The position numbers and the translations under genes were made by a program. A DNA stretch of 64,000 bases from NCBI RefSeq assembly GCF_963921235.1, contig NC_086101.1, forward strand, positions 151,466,001 to 151,530,000. Reading direction: 5' to 3'. The notes under the pieces are model-generated. The model saw nothing but the letters and a program-made list of their open reading frames with translations, searched no databases and was not told where the DNA came from. The stretch is from Mobula hypostoma (Eukaryota). Shown here piece after piece: positions 50,058 through 62,813 of the stretch. Position 1 is the first letter of the stretch. Every line of letters starts with the position of its first letter.

Positions 50058-51385
50058 TCATCATGGCTGATTTATTATCCCTCTCACCCCATTCTACTGT
50101 CTTTTCCCCATAACCTCTGATACCCTGACCAATCAAGAACCCATCAAATCTGCTTTAAATATACCCAATAACTTTGTCTCCACAGTCATCTGTGGCAATG
50201 AATTCTACAGATTCACTACCCTCTGGCTAAAGAAATTCCTCCTCATCTCAGTCTAAATGGATGTTCCCCTATTCTGAGGTTGTGTCCTCTGGTCCTAGAC
50301 TCACCTATGTCCTGCCCACATCCACTCTGTCCAGCCCTTTCAATATTCGATAGGTTTTAATGAGATCCTCCCCTCAGGCCCAGAACAATCAAACACTCCT
50401 TATGGGTTAACCCTTCCATTTCTGGAATCATTCTTGTGAACCTTGTCTGGACCCTCTCCAATGCCAGCACTTCTTTTCTTAGATAAGAGACCCAGAGCTG
50501 CTCACAATACTCCAAGTGCAGTCTGACCAATGCTTTACAAAGCATCAACATTATAACCATGCTATTATATTCTAGTCCTCTAAAAATGAATGCTAACATT
50601 GCATTTGCCTTCCTTACCATCATCTGAACCTGCAAGTTAACCTTTAGGGACCCTTGCATGAGAACTCCCAATTTTTAAATTTTCTCCCCATATATAAAAT
50701 ATTCTATGCCTTTATTTATTCTACCAAAGTGCATGACCATACAATTCCCTACACTATATCCCAACTGCCACTTTGCCCATTCTCCCAATCTAAGTCCTTC
50801 TGCAGACTCCCTGTTTCCTCAACACTACTTGACCCTCCATCTATCTGTGTCATTTGCAAACTTGGCCACAAAACTATCAATTCCATCATCCAAATCATTG
50901 ACATATAGCATGAAAAGAAGTGTCCCAACACTGACCCCCTGCAGCACACCACTAGTCACCAGCAACCAACCAGAAAAGGCCCCCCTTATTCCCACTCTTT
51001 GCCTTCCGCCAGTCAACCAATCTTCTATCCATGCTAGTGTTTTTCCTGTCATACAATGGGCTCTTATTTTGCTAAGCAAACCCAAGTGTGGCACCTTGCC
51101 AAAGGCTTTCTGAAAACCCACGTTAGCAACATCCACTTGGTGTATCTTGCCTGTTGTTTCTTCAAAGAATTCCAACAGGCTTGTCAGGCTAGATTTTGTC
51201 TTAAGGAAACCATGCTGACATTGACCTATTTTATTATGTGCCTCCAGGTATCCTGAAACCTCATCCTTAATGAAGGACTCCAACATCTTCCCAATCACTA
51301 AAGACAGACTAACTGGCCTGTGATTTCCTTTCTTCTACCTCCCTCCTTTCTTAAAGATTGGAGTGGCATTTGCAATTTTCCAGCA
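50058..51385 (-). mobile_element. CR1 RT plus 3' end
   Basis: QHGFLK, SGVLQGVS, VAKFANDT, LVRLHLEYC. Confidence 0.92.
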
Positions 51386-51479
51386 TGTACAAAATACTGT
51401 ATGCAGGTTTGGTCACATTTCTGATAGAAGGGCATTCTTATAATTATTCTTGCAAAAATAATACTGTAGCAATATTTCC

Positions 51480-51905
51480 ACCAATGAAAACATTCAGAAA
51501 AGGTGCTGTGTAAAGAAGGTAGTATCCATCATCAAGAATCCCACCATCCAGGTCATACCCTCTTCTTGCTGCTACTGTTATAGACAGGAGGAACAGAGGC
51601 CTGAAGTCCCATACCACCCAGTCCAAGAATAGCTATTTTCCTACAACCATCAGGTTCTTGAATAACCCTAACCCTCCCTCAGCAATGGAAAACTATAGAC
51701 TTCTTCTTACACCCCCATGGACTTGTCAATATGATATTTTAGCACAGTCTTTTTTCCCCCTTCTCTTCAGTGTCTTGCATAATTTAAGTACAGTTTATAT
51801 TCTGTATGCTGTCTGTACCTACGTGCTTGTCATGTTGCTGTAAGCAAGGTTTTCATTGTGCCTGTACATCACAATAGTTGTGCAATATAAAATAAAATTG
51901 ACTTC
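51480..51905 (+). mobile_element. Rex1/Babar 3' end
   Basis: tccatcatcaagaatccc..caggaggaacagaggcctgaagtcccataccacc. Confidence 0.75.
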
Positions 51906-51929
51906 TGCTGCAAATGCAAGAGATACAAA

Positions 51930-52625
51930 ACCTACTCTTTTACCCTTTCCTTTCCACCATCCAGGAACCCATGCAATTCTCTTAGGCAGAGCTGCAATTC
52001 CCCTCGCACTTTTTCCAATCTTATAAACTGCATTCTCTGCTCATGATGTTGTCTCCTCTGTACTGTAGAAGCCAAACGCTGACTTGCTGATTACTCCATG
52101 GAACATCTGTGTTTAGTCAAAAAAATCAAGCCGCTAAAGGAACTCAGCAGGTCAGGCTGATGAGGTGAGGTAAAGAGATTGTCGACGTTTTGGCTCGAAG
52201 ACATCAGTTTCCATATTTGGTGCATGGTTTTGACCAGAAATTTCGACCATCCCTTTGCCTTCACAGATGCTGCCTGATCTACTGATTTCCACTAGTAGGC
52301 TGGTAATTTGCACCAGATCTCAGTCTCAGCCTCTTGTGGTTGCCCTAAACTTGGAAGAGTGAAAACACATTTGATTTTAGTGTCAGGAAGGGTGGGGGAG
52401 GGATTCATAGCAAAAACGAAGGTCCATGTGTCTTCCAACTTCCCATCACTTTAAATTTCCATCCCATTCCCTACACTGACCTTTCTTTCAAAGGTCACCT
52501 GCATTGTTCCAACAAAGCTCAGTGTAACTTAGACAACACATTTCAACTTTATTCGGGGCATGTTATGGTCTTCACAATTCAGCATTAAGTTCAGAATATC
52601 AGAGAATTTGCTTTCTCTGTTTGTA
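51930..52625. mobile_element. Old PLE GIY-YIG remnant with a nested head-to-head pLTR pair (about 52130-52335)
   Basis: Degenerate similarity to 21295-21650; inverted aactcagcaggtcagg..gtcgacgtttt / gaaatttcgac..gatgctgcctgatc. Confidence 0.55.
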
Positions 52626-53301
52626 ATAGAACAGGACAGTTCTGCTGTAGCTATCTCTCTGTAGTATTAACCCAGTTTTCCTTTTTCAGAGCCACTGTGT
52701 GGTGTGCAGAGCATTTCCTGCATTCTCCTTTTGGTCTAGTCTCTTCAACGCCTATGATCTGCAGTACATTTCAGATATTACATGACTGTTTTGTTTGTTC
52801 TCTCTCTCTCTCTCCTTCTCACCTCATTAATTCATAGACAAGACTGCTTCATAAACCGTGCAGCACTGCCCTGTGGCAATACTCATCTCACCCTATTGAA
52901 GAGCCTCCTATACCACACCTGCTCTGCAACTTTTGTGATTGATCTTCTCTCTCCACGGCCTCAGAGGCTATGCTAAACTCAGCTTTCTAGTACAGCACCA
53001 TGACCTTAACAAAGGGTCAGAGTTGCTTGTGACAAAGTTAAACTTCCAGCCAATATTCCTTGCTCAGTTTCTTGTTGTAAACAAGAACTAGTCTTCAGTC
53101 CTTAATGTAAATTACAAGCAATAATTAGACTGAAGTTTAAAGTATAGCTTTGCAAACAAGCTGCACTGCCTACAGAGCACAGGCTGCTAGTCCACAGCAG
53201 GTGACCCATATGGTTAAGGGTTAGAAAGTGAAGTGACCATGAGATTTTCTGGTCTGCATCAGCTAAATGTAAGACAATGAGGCCTTTAAACCAGGCAACT
53301 A

Positions 53302-54008
53302 TAGACAATAGACAATAGGTGCAGAAGTAGACCATTTGGCCCTTCGAGCCTGCACCGCCATTCTGAGATCATGGCTGATCATCTACTATCAATACCCAGT
53401 TCCTGCCTTGTCTCCATAACCCTTGATTCCCCTATCCATAAGATACCTATCTAGCTCCTTCTTGAAAGCATCTGGAGAATTGGCCTCCACTGCCTTCTGA
53501 GGCAGCGCGTTCCACACCTCCACAACTCTCTGGGAGAAGAAGTTCCTCCTCAACTCTGTCCTAAATGACCTACCCCTTATTCTTAAACCATGCCCTCTGG
53601 TACTGGACTGTCCCAGCATCTGGAACATATTTCCTGCCTCTATCTTGTCCAATCCCTTAATAATCTTATATGTCTCAATCAGATCCCCCCTCACTCTCCT
53701 TAATTCCAGCGTGTACAAGCCCAGTCTCTCTAACCTCTCTGCGTAAGACAGTCCGGACATTAACCTAGGAATTAACCTAGTGAACCTACGCTGCACCTCC
53801 TCCACAGCCAGGATGTCCTTCCTTAACCCTGGAGACCAAAACTGCACACAATACTCCAGGTGTGGTCTCACCAGGGCCCTGTACAAATGCAAAAGAATTT
53901 CCTTGCTCTTGTACTCAATTCCCTTTGTAATAATGGCCAACATTCCATTAGCCTTCTTCACTGCCTGCTGCACTTGCTCATTCACCTTCAGAGACTGATG
54001 AACAAGTA
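53302..54008 (-). mobile_element. Young 5'-truncated CR1 with open ORF2 C-terminus and TSD
   Basis: 208-aa open frame to the native stop; (ttgtcta)n tail; TSD caggcaacta 53292-53301 / caagcaacta 54009-54018. Confidence 0.93.
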
Positions 54009-54069
54009 CAAGCAACTACAGCGAAGCATCATTGTGACAGAGATCAAGGAAGGTTCCAGACCAGACTTA

Positions 54070-55810
54070 TTTTCTCACTTAACACATCAGACATGGTAAA
54101 CTAATATGGCAGGGGATTGGGAACCAGTATGAGAATCAGCCAGCAGATTTACAAGCAGATGATGGGTGTAGCATGAATGTAAGTAAGGACAAGCCAATGA
54201 TTGGGTACAATTACAGACAGAGTTGTACCACAGAGGCAAAATTCAAAAGGACGATGAATCCAGGACTGAAGGTGCTGTATTTATAATGCATGTAGCATTC
54301 GGAATAAGGTTGATGAACTCATGGCGCAATTAGAGGTTGTTCAGTATGACATTGTGGACGTCACTGGCTGAAAGAAGGCTCGTAGTTGGGAGCTTAACAT
54401 CAAAGGATATACTTGGTATTGAAATGACAGGCAGGAAGGCATAGGTGGAGGGTGTGGCTCTGTTGGTAAGAGATGGAATTGCATCTTTATAAAGAGGTGA
54501 CATAGGGTCAGAGAATGTTGAATCTTTGTGGGAGGTGTTAAGAAACTGCAAGGGTAAAAATAAACCATAATGGGAATCATATTGAAACTGGCTAACTGGA
54601 TTCAGAACTGGCTTGGTGATGGGAGGAAGAAGGTAATGGTGGGAGGATGCCTTTCTGATTGGAAGTCAGTGGTGTAACACAGAGATCAGTGCTGGGATCC
54701 ATACTGTTTGCAATATATTGTATATATTACTGATATTGATGCAAATGAAAGTGATATGTTTAATAGGTTTGCGGATCACATGAAGATTGGTGACATTGTG
54801 GATAGTGAGGGTATATCCAAGGCTACCGCAGGATGAAATTGAATGGAGCATTAGCAGACAATTTAATCCTGACAAATGTGTGGTTATCAATTTTGGGAAG
54901 TCAAATGGAGGAAGGACAAATCAATACAATAAGAGGTGGGCACAATGGAATGTTGATGAACGGAAAGATTTTGGGATTCATTACATAGTTTCCTGAAAGT
55001 GGTAACACACACACAGTGGCCACGGCAATAGGTACACCTGTAAACCAGTACACCTGTTCACCTGTACACCTGTACACCTGTACACATGTTCATCTGTACA
55101 CCTGTTCATCATGTGGCAGCAACTCAATGCATAAAATCATGCAGACATACATGGTCAAGAGATTCATTTGTTGTTTAGACCAATCATCAGAATGAGGAAG
55201 AAATGTGATCTGAGAGACTTTGGCCGTGGAATGATTGTTGGTGCCAAATGGGGTGGTTTGAGTTTCTCAGAAACTGCTGATCTCCTGGGATTTTCATGCA
55301 CAACAGTCTTTAGAGTTTACAGAAAATGGCATGAGAAACAAAAAAAAAACATCCAGTGAGTGACATTTCTGTGTGCAAAAAATGCCTTGTTAATGAGAGA
55401 GTTCAGAGGAGAATGGCCAGACTGGTTCAAGGTGACAGGGTCTCAAGTAACAACGTGTTACAACAGTGGTGTGCAGAAGAGCATCTCTGAACGCACAACA
55501 CGCTGAACCTTGAAGTGGATGGGCTACAGCAGCAGAACACAAACATACACTCATTGGCCACTATATTAGGTACAGGAGGCACCTAATAAAGTGGCCACTG
55601 AGTGTGTATTGATAGAGTGGTGAAAAAGACATATGGCATGCTTATTTTCATAGGTCAGGGCAAAGAATAGAGAAGTGTCTGGTCACCACACTGTTGGAAG
55701 GATATGGTTGTGCTAGAGAGTTCAGAGGAGATTCACCAGGATGTTGCCTGGAATGAAGGGTTTTAGTTATGGTATGTGATTAGTTGGGCTTGATTTCCCT
55801 GGAGTGAAGA
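54070..55810 (+). mobile_element. CR1 fragments (endonuclease start, then degraded RT/3' part) hosting a Tc1 MITE
   Basis: ggactgaaggtgctgtattt as at 28442; gtgctgggatcc; tttgcggatcacatgaag; ttcagaggagattcaccaggatg. Confidence 0.8.
55010..55604 (+). mobile_element. Tc1-derived non-autonomous element (second copy of 33982-34509)
   Basis: Same TIR and HTH remnant; (tacacctg)n expansion at about 55030-55105. Confidence 0.88.
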
Positions 55811-56144
55811 GATCATCTGTTCTATTAATAATATTGCTTAGGAATATATATTGGAGATAACTGTTCTGTCCTCCTTTGAAATACTACCACAGGGATTTTA
55901 TGTTCAGCTGAGAGGGTCGACAAAGCTCTGAGTTAACATTTGAATGAATTGCTCAAAGCTCAATTCTAGCTGTAGGTGTGTGCGATATGCATCTCACATC
56001 TCTTGCCTAACTTGCTCATCTGAACGAGGCTTGGTCCAACTTATATTTTATTCCCACAATGACAGCTTCCATGGTCTAATTATACCTGGAGTATAAAGCA
56101 GCTGAATATTTACAATGAAGCTACCTGCTTCAATCTGACAGTCT

Positions 56145-56635
56145 AAAAGAATCAGAACCAGGTGTATTGTCATAAGTTGTGAAGTTTGTTGTTTTGCTAC
56201 AGCAGAACATTATAATAAATAACAAAAAATAAATATATAGTGTAGAAAAGAAAGGAATAACTAGATAGTGTTCACAAGTTTAGGGACCGTAGAGAAATCT
56301 CATCGCATAAGCTGCTTCTGTATTATTGTGTACCAATCTTCATGCCTTTGTTCCTCCTCCCTGATGGTGACAATGAGAAGAGGGCATGGCCCAGATAGTG
56401 AGGTTCTTTAGTGATAGGTGCCACCGTCTTGAAGATGGGGAGGGTTGTGTCCACAATGGAGGTGGCTGAGCCTGCAGCCTCCTGTGATCCTGTGCAGTGA
56501 AGCCTCTACACCAGGCTGTGATACCACCAGTCAGAGTGGTGAGGACTGATGTATGATGAGGACTGGTGTGTTCTTCTGACTTCCCCTTTCGAAAATCCAC
56601 AATCAGTCCCCTGTTCTTGCTGACAATGAGTGCAA
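56145..56635 (-). mobile_element. Rex1/Babar fragment
   Basis: IVDFRKGK, LTGGITAWCRG; tail gaatcagaaccagg. Confidence 0.7.
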
Positions 56636-58119
56636 AAAGTTACATGCTGACTTACTGTACTTTGACCAATGAGAGGGATTTCTTGGAATGAAATATGCTT
56701 CTGTTAATTTTCTACACGAAGAGTATCGTGTATATAAAAATAGGATAAAACTGAAGGGGAAGAGTAGAGTGGAGACCAGAAGAGAAAGGTTTTATGCATT
56801 GAGCTGAAGTGTAGGATACACAAAAATTGCCAAAAGTATTTTCTTCTTATTAAGATCGTGGAGTAAAAAAAAGATTGTAAGCAAGTAAAGAGAAATGAGG
56901 CCAGACATCACTGTGCTATAAATGCAACTTTTTATTTTATTGAGTCACAGAGTAATAACCATGGAAACAATCCCTTTGGGCCGGCTCATCTATGCTGATC
57001 ATGGTGTCCCCACCCCCGTGAACTGGTCACATTTGGCCGCTTTTGGACCATATTCCTCTAAATCACTCCTGTCCTTTTCTGTAATTCCTCCTTAATACTT
57101 TAGTATATATTGACATAGGCTCCTTCTTCTGTTGAATGCCACCATCCTTTCTTAATCAAATCTCTGAACTTCTACAAGAAGCTCATTTCATTGTTTTACC
57201 TTAAAATTTTAAATGAATTTCCATTGAGAATCCAATCACGTTTTTCCTCATTTTTTTTAAAGTGTGTGAATTTGGCACACTGCAGTTGAAGTCTGTACTT
57301 AGATTGTCCTGTTTGATTATCATTAAGGACACCAGGCTGGCTGAGTAGATGGGGAATTTATTACAGCAATCCTCCAGGATCAGAAAGGAAAATAAAATTG
57401 TGAAGCTGTGAGATATGACAAGACTCTCAGGTAAAGCTGTAGTAGGAAAGGGGGATGTTGAGATCTCCGGGAAAAAAATCAGATCAAGAGAGCGTAGGTA
57501 ATATCTGCATGAACTGCTTCATCAAATTAATGGATTACAATTGTGGTTTTTAGAATATTTCCTGGAAAGAATGCCTTAAGATCACAGCCTGAATGTGCCT
57601 GAAGATGTTCAATGGAAGGATTACATTCCAGAACTATCACGTACACAATACTGCTTTGTGCATTTATGGCTGAGCCCTGCAGCAGATTCATGAAACAGCA
57701 AGTATCAAAGAGAATTACGTAGGTGTTTATTCCCCTTGCTGCAATTTCATTTTCCACACAATAGCCTTCTTTGCTTCAGTTCATACCTTCCTATTGATTA
57801 AAATGGATAGTTTAAATTTAAAAAATTATTCTATGCAGGTCTATACATGTGTTGTACTGAAGGTTTGAGTGGCAAACTGAGGTTTGATTTTTACACCGTA
57901 CTTACAGCAAAAAGAATATCAGCTATGTGGATTAAGTGTTTTCGGCCCATGGTTATGATCACCTCCTCGTACTTGACTTCATCTAACTAGAACAAGCAAA
58001 TCTTCCTCTCAAACGTGTGTGTTTATCATTCCATGAGACAGTACTTTGAATAAGTAATTAGCCACTGCCTGATTTGCCAGTTGGACTTATTGAAGATTGG
58101 CAAATTTTGGAATTCACTG

Positions 58120-58365
58120 CATGGCTATGTGGAGTTTGCACATTTTCTCTGCTGTCTAGTGGGTCTCCTCCGGATGCTCTGGTATCCTCCAACATCCCAA
58201 AAATATGTGGATGGGAAAATAATTGGCAGCTCTGTGTGTCCGTGTGGAAGAATATGGGGGGAGGTTGAGGCAAATGTGGGGAAAATAAGGTGAGTTTAGG
58301 TACAATCTGTGTGAAAATGGATGACTGATGGTCAGTGAAGGGATCTATATCTATGCTCTATCTGC
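58120..58365 (+). mobile_element. V-domain SINE remnant
   Basis: tgtggagtttgcacattttctctgctgtct..gggtctcctccggatgctctggtatcctccaacatccc. Confidence 0.75.
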
Positions 58366-58689
58366 GACACAATGGGTCTTCCTTAAAAACTCTTAATAAC
58401 TTTGAAGATTTCCATTTGACCAATCCTCAGCTTCCATGTTTCTGGAGAATGGAAGCTTTCCCATATATTCTTCCTTTATAATTGTAAAGTTTGAGATCTA
58501 TGATCATTGTTAGCTCTGTTCTTGAACCATAATTGCACTTGGATTCACTTTTGCCATAACATACATTATTATATCTTAGGAATCGTTTCTCAGTTTGCTG
58601 TTGACAGATTGACCGGCTTATGGAGAATTTACCTCTCTAAAAATGACATCTAACAATAACTCTATTGCCAAAGCCCGATTTCTCGAACT

Positions 58690-59045
58690 TCTGGTAATGC
58701 CCTCCACCCCCTCCTTCACCACTTTCCACCCCCTTTTCCCTCTCTCACCTTATCTCCTTGCCCGCCTATAGCCTCCCTCTGTAACTCGTCCCCACCCCCT
58801 TCCTTTCTTCCATGGCCTTCTGTCCCTTTCACCAATCAACTTCCCAGATCTTTACTTCATCCCCTCCCCCTCCAGGTTTCACCTATCATCTTGTGTTTCT
58901 CTCTCCCCTCCCCCACCCTTAAAATCTACTCCTCAGCCTTTTTTCTCCAGTCCTGCTGAAGGATCTCGGCCCAAAACGTTGACTGTACTTTTTCCCTTAG
59001 ATGCTGCCTGGCTTGATGTGTCCTCCAGCATCTTGTGTGTGTTGT
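58690..59045 (+). mobile_element. PLE 3' UTR/pLTR with degenerate hammerhead (about 58948-58985)
   Basis: cagtcctgctgaaggatctcggcccaaaacgttgactg. Confidence 0.85.
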
Positions 59046-59049
59046 TTGT

Positions 59050-60765
59050 TGTATGGAGTGTCTGTGTTTACTCTTTGGAACGTAAATGTGAATTTCTGAG
59101 TTTTGAGAATTTGATTGCTTAAAACAGCTAACACAGAATAGAGTACATACCGGTGAGTGTTTATATATTCTGACAGGACTCCCCACACGGCCACCCCTCC
59201 CCCCCCGGTGACCCAGGACGTTCTGGATGGATCTAGTGGAACTCCTTGATGAGTGATGGATCCAAGATGTAACTGGATGTCACCCAAGATCTCTCCACAG
59301 GACCATACCCTTCCCAGTCAAACAGATACTGTACACCATGTCCATGATAATATGAATCCATCATTTGTTTTGGAAGTGCGAGCTCAGTGGGTTGAGTGAT
59401 CGATGAACAATGGGTTTGAGGCAGGTCACATGGAAGGTAGGTGTGATCCTGAGAGACGGTGGCAGCTGGAGGTGGTAAGTGACTGGGTATATGCGATTGG
59501 TAACCTTAAAGGGACAAATGAACCCGGGCAAGAGCTTGTGTGAGTCAGTGTACAGGGACATCCAGACACAGTCCCCAGGCCAGAGCAGTCTGGCTGAGTG
59601 CTGGTGGCAGTTAGCCTGGTGATAGTAGGTGCAGTTGGCAGCGATGAACCAGGGACCTCCACTGTTGGCACCTCCACAGGGAACAACCCAGTTGGTAGTC
59701 ATGACACACTTGAAAGGGTGACACATCTGTGGAAGAGGAGGCATGTAGATTTGGGACAGCTGCCCGTGAGCGGGTCCTTCTATAATGCGGAAGGGTTAGA
59801 GGTGGTAAAGCATCGCAGAATCTTCTCCACTTGCTGATTGGCTCTTTCTGACTGACCATTGGTCTGCAGATGATAGTCGAGGACAATCTCAAAAGCGTGC
59901 AGGGAAAGGAACAGAAAGCTTGCCAGAAGCAGGAGATGAATTGTGGAGGCTGGTCTGACACACTGCCTTGGAGACCAGTCCACCGCTGTCATGATCACCC
60001 TGGCGCCATTGGAAAGTGGCAAACCCGTGATGGAATCCATGAAAATGTGAGGCCACAGGTGTCGAGGGTCCTAGGAGCCCAGAGGGCCGCTCATTGGAGA
60101 AATTGATCTGGGCACATGGAGGGCAGGCAGTGACAAACTGCTATACATCTAGGATCATGGTGGGTCACCAGAACCGGCATTGCAGAAAATACAGAGTCCG
60201 TCGGGCACCTGGATAGTCAGAATGGGATGAGGAGTGGGCCCACCGGAGTGCCTTAGATCACAGGGTCGCCAGCACGTACGTGTGGTTATCAGGTGTGTTG
60301 GCCATAACAGATTTGTTCTGTAGTGCCTGGCAGATCTGGTTCTCAAGGTCCCAGATGATTAGGGCAATGATCGGAAAGGATGGAATGATGGGCTGGTGTC
60401 AATCTCTATTTCAGCTGGGTCAAACAGTTGTGATAGGGTGTCTGCCTTTGTGTTCTTGGAGCTGGGTCAGTAGATGGTAAAATTGAATTGCTTGAAGTAG
60501 AAGGCCTAACAAGCCTGACACAGGTTGAGCTGGTGGGTCTTTTGTATGGATATGAGGTTCGGGTGGTCAGTCCAGATCAGGAAAGGCTCAGTTTTTCCTT
60601 TCAGCTAATGCCTCCATTCCTCCAAGGCCCATTTATTGGTGAATAGTTCCCTGTCTCCTACTCCATAACGATGCTGTATAGAATTGAACTTGCATGAGAA
60701 GAAGACACAAGGGTATGTCTGCCTGTCTGGCCCTTGCTGGGAGAGTTTAGCTCCTGTGCCCTCAT
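59050..60765 (-). mobile_element. Chromovirus (Sushi-like Gypsy) remnant: RNase H, integrase, chromodomain, PPT, start of 3' LTR
   Basis: GDRELF..WALEEWRH..IWTDH; MDSITGLP; YHLQTNGQSERANQ; GPY/F-like module; [17 protein letters not shown]; G-rich PPT then TGTCA at 59175. Confidence 0.9.
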
Positions 60766-60767
60766 GC

Positions 60768-61028
60768 GGTGGTAGGTGAGGACAGGGGGAACTCTACCTC
60801 TGTTAAGGTGGTGGAAAGATTGGGGAGTACAGATGTCCAGGAAGTGGAGGAGATGCAGTTGAGGGCAGTATCAATGGCAGAGGAAGGGAAATACTGTTCT
60901 TTGAAGACAGAGGACATCTCTGATATCCTGGAAAGGAAAGCCTCATCCTGGGAACAGAAGCGGTGGAGACAAAAGAACTAAGAAAAGAGAATGGCATTTT
61001 TACAGGAGGCAGGGTGGGAAGAGGTATA
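60768..61028 (-). mobile_element. PLE internal fragment
   Basis: Homologous to 63800-64000. Confidence 0.8.
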
Positions 61029-61168
61029 GCCAAGACCTGATTGAGGGTCTTGGCCCAAAACATCGACTGTTTCTTCATTTCCATAGATGCTGCCTAACCT
61101 GCTGAGTTCCTCCAGCATTTTGTGTGTGTTGCTCTGGATTTCCAGCATCTGCATAATCTCTTGTGTTT
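61029..61168 (+). mobile_element. PLE pLTR with degenerate hammerhead and 9-nt fold-back 5' end
   Basis: gccaagacc (61029-61037) is the reverse complement of ggtcttggc (61046-61054). Confidence 0.8.
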
Positions 61169-61743
61169 ATAAAGTCTTTGTAATCAACTTGTGCAATTCA
61201 TCATTTTGTGAACTACTAAAAGCCCTTTCTCCGATTAAAATTTCTTGTGCTCCTCTCATTGCCATAGCAACATCAGATGCCAGACACTAATAAGCATCTT
61301 TGGCATCCAGTGTTACAATGAAACATATCGCTGAAAGGTATCAGAGGATTTCAGCCTGGTTTGCATTTTCTTGAAAGCTGCCCCAAAGATCAGTGGGGGT
61401 TAGGCAGGCTATGTTGCTTGGGTTGTCTTCAAGACTAACAGCTTGTTAATGCACTATGATGATTCTGGTAAGATGGCAGTGTGCTTGGTCACAGCACCCT
61501 TTCCGGGTTCAACAAATGGTGCAAGTGTTATTCTTAAAAGTTATTTTATTGTAATCACAAGACCCTGTTGGACACTGATAATACAAAATGCTGCAAGTCA
61601 GGTTTCTGATTGGTGAGGCTGACAGTTGAGGGGCTGCATGGTATTGGTTGTTGCACGACCCAAGCCCTCGTGACACGCTGTCACCTATTACAGCAATGAT
61701 GCTGGTGAGAACAGAGGCACGGCGGCATACAGGAATCTGTACT

Positions 61744-61890
61744 GAGTACAGTTGACGTTTCGGGCCGAAACCCTTCGGCAGGACGTCGACTGTATTCTTT
61801 TCCTAAATGTAGCCTGGCCTGCTGAGTTCCTCCAGCATTTTGTGTGTGTTGCTCGGATTTCCAGCATCTGCAGATTTTCTCTTGTTTGCG
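61744..61890. mobile_element. Inverted PLE pLTR insertion (minus hammerhead core fused to plus pLTR tail)
   Basis: gagtacagttgacgtttcgggccgaaacccttcggcaggac|gtcgactgta...cagattttctcttgtttg. Confidence 0.85.
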
Positions 61891-62813
61891 CTGTATGTAC
61901 TTTGTTTTGCACGCTGGCCCTGGAGGAAAGCTGTTTTATGTAGCTGTATACTTGTGTATGACTGGATGACAATTGAACTTGAACTTGAAGTAATTTGGGC
62001 TTTTAAACACTTAGCAATGTTCATGGCACAAACAGGCCTGAGTTCCTCTACATTCAGTAGAGAATTAAGTTACACATTTCTAGTGCATTATGTATATTAG
62101 CTACCTTGGAAAAATGAATAATTATTAAAAAAAAGAATTATTTTCAGCTGATCCTGAACTTAACACTGCCTCTTCAGATTGAAGCTTAGTAAGGTGGCTT
62201 TCCAAGAATATGTTTTCATGGTGGAACAAACTTGTGTTCTACAGGTTGAAGCCCAGAGGGGCACTGTACAGATCTACTCCTATTGTTTATCTGTTTAAAT
62301 ATGCAGTCCAGTGTTATTGTGGTAGTGTCATTTCATCTGTTACATTTCTATCCCATTACATTACATGACACTGTGTTTAACAGCACTGTGCCTTTTCTTA
62401 CTCCAGCTTTATTAGTATCACACCTTATGCCGCAGCATCATTAGTGGCATCTCACCTTGTAGTACGCCATCACAATCTCCACTACACCATCTGTCACCCA
62501 TGTCCACTTTGCATAACAACACCATCTAGTCCATGTGAGGGGCCTTGCTCTGAAACATCCGCTGTACATTTCCCTCCATAGAGGCTGCCTGACCTGTTGA
62601 GTTGCTCCAGCATTTTTGGTTTTGCATAGATACCTTTTCTTCTTAAAGCGTGAATCAGGAACAAAGAGTAAATATTAGAGCATAGAACAGTATAGCACCT
62701 TATGGGTCTTTCGGCCCATGATATGCTGACCTTTATAACCCTACTCCGTGATCCATCTAAACCTGCTCTCCTACACAGCACATTCTGTTAGAAAAAGCAA
62801 TGTATCTGTATAA

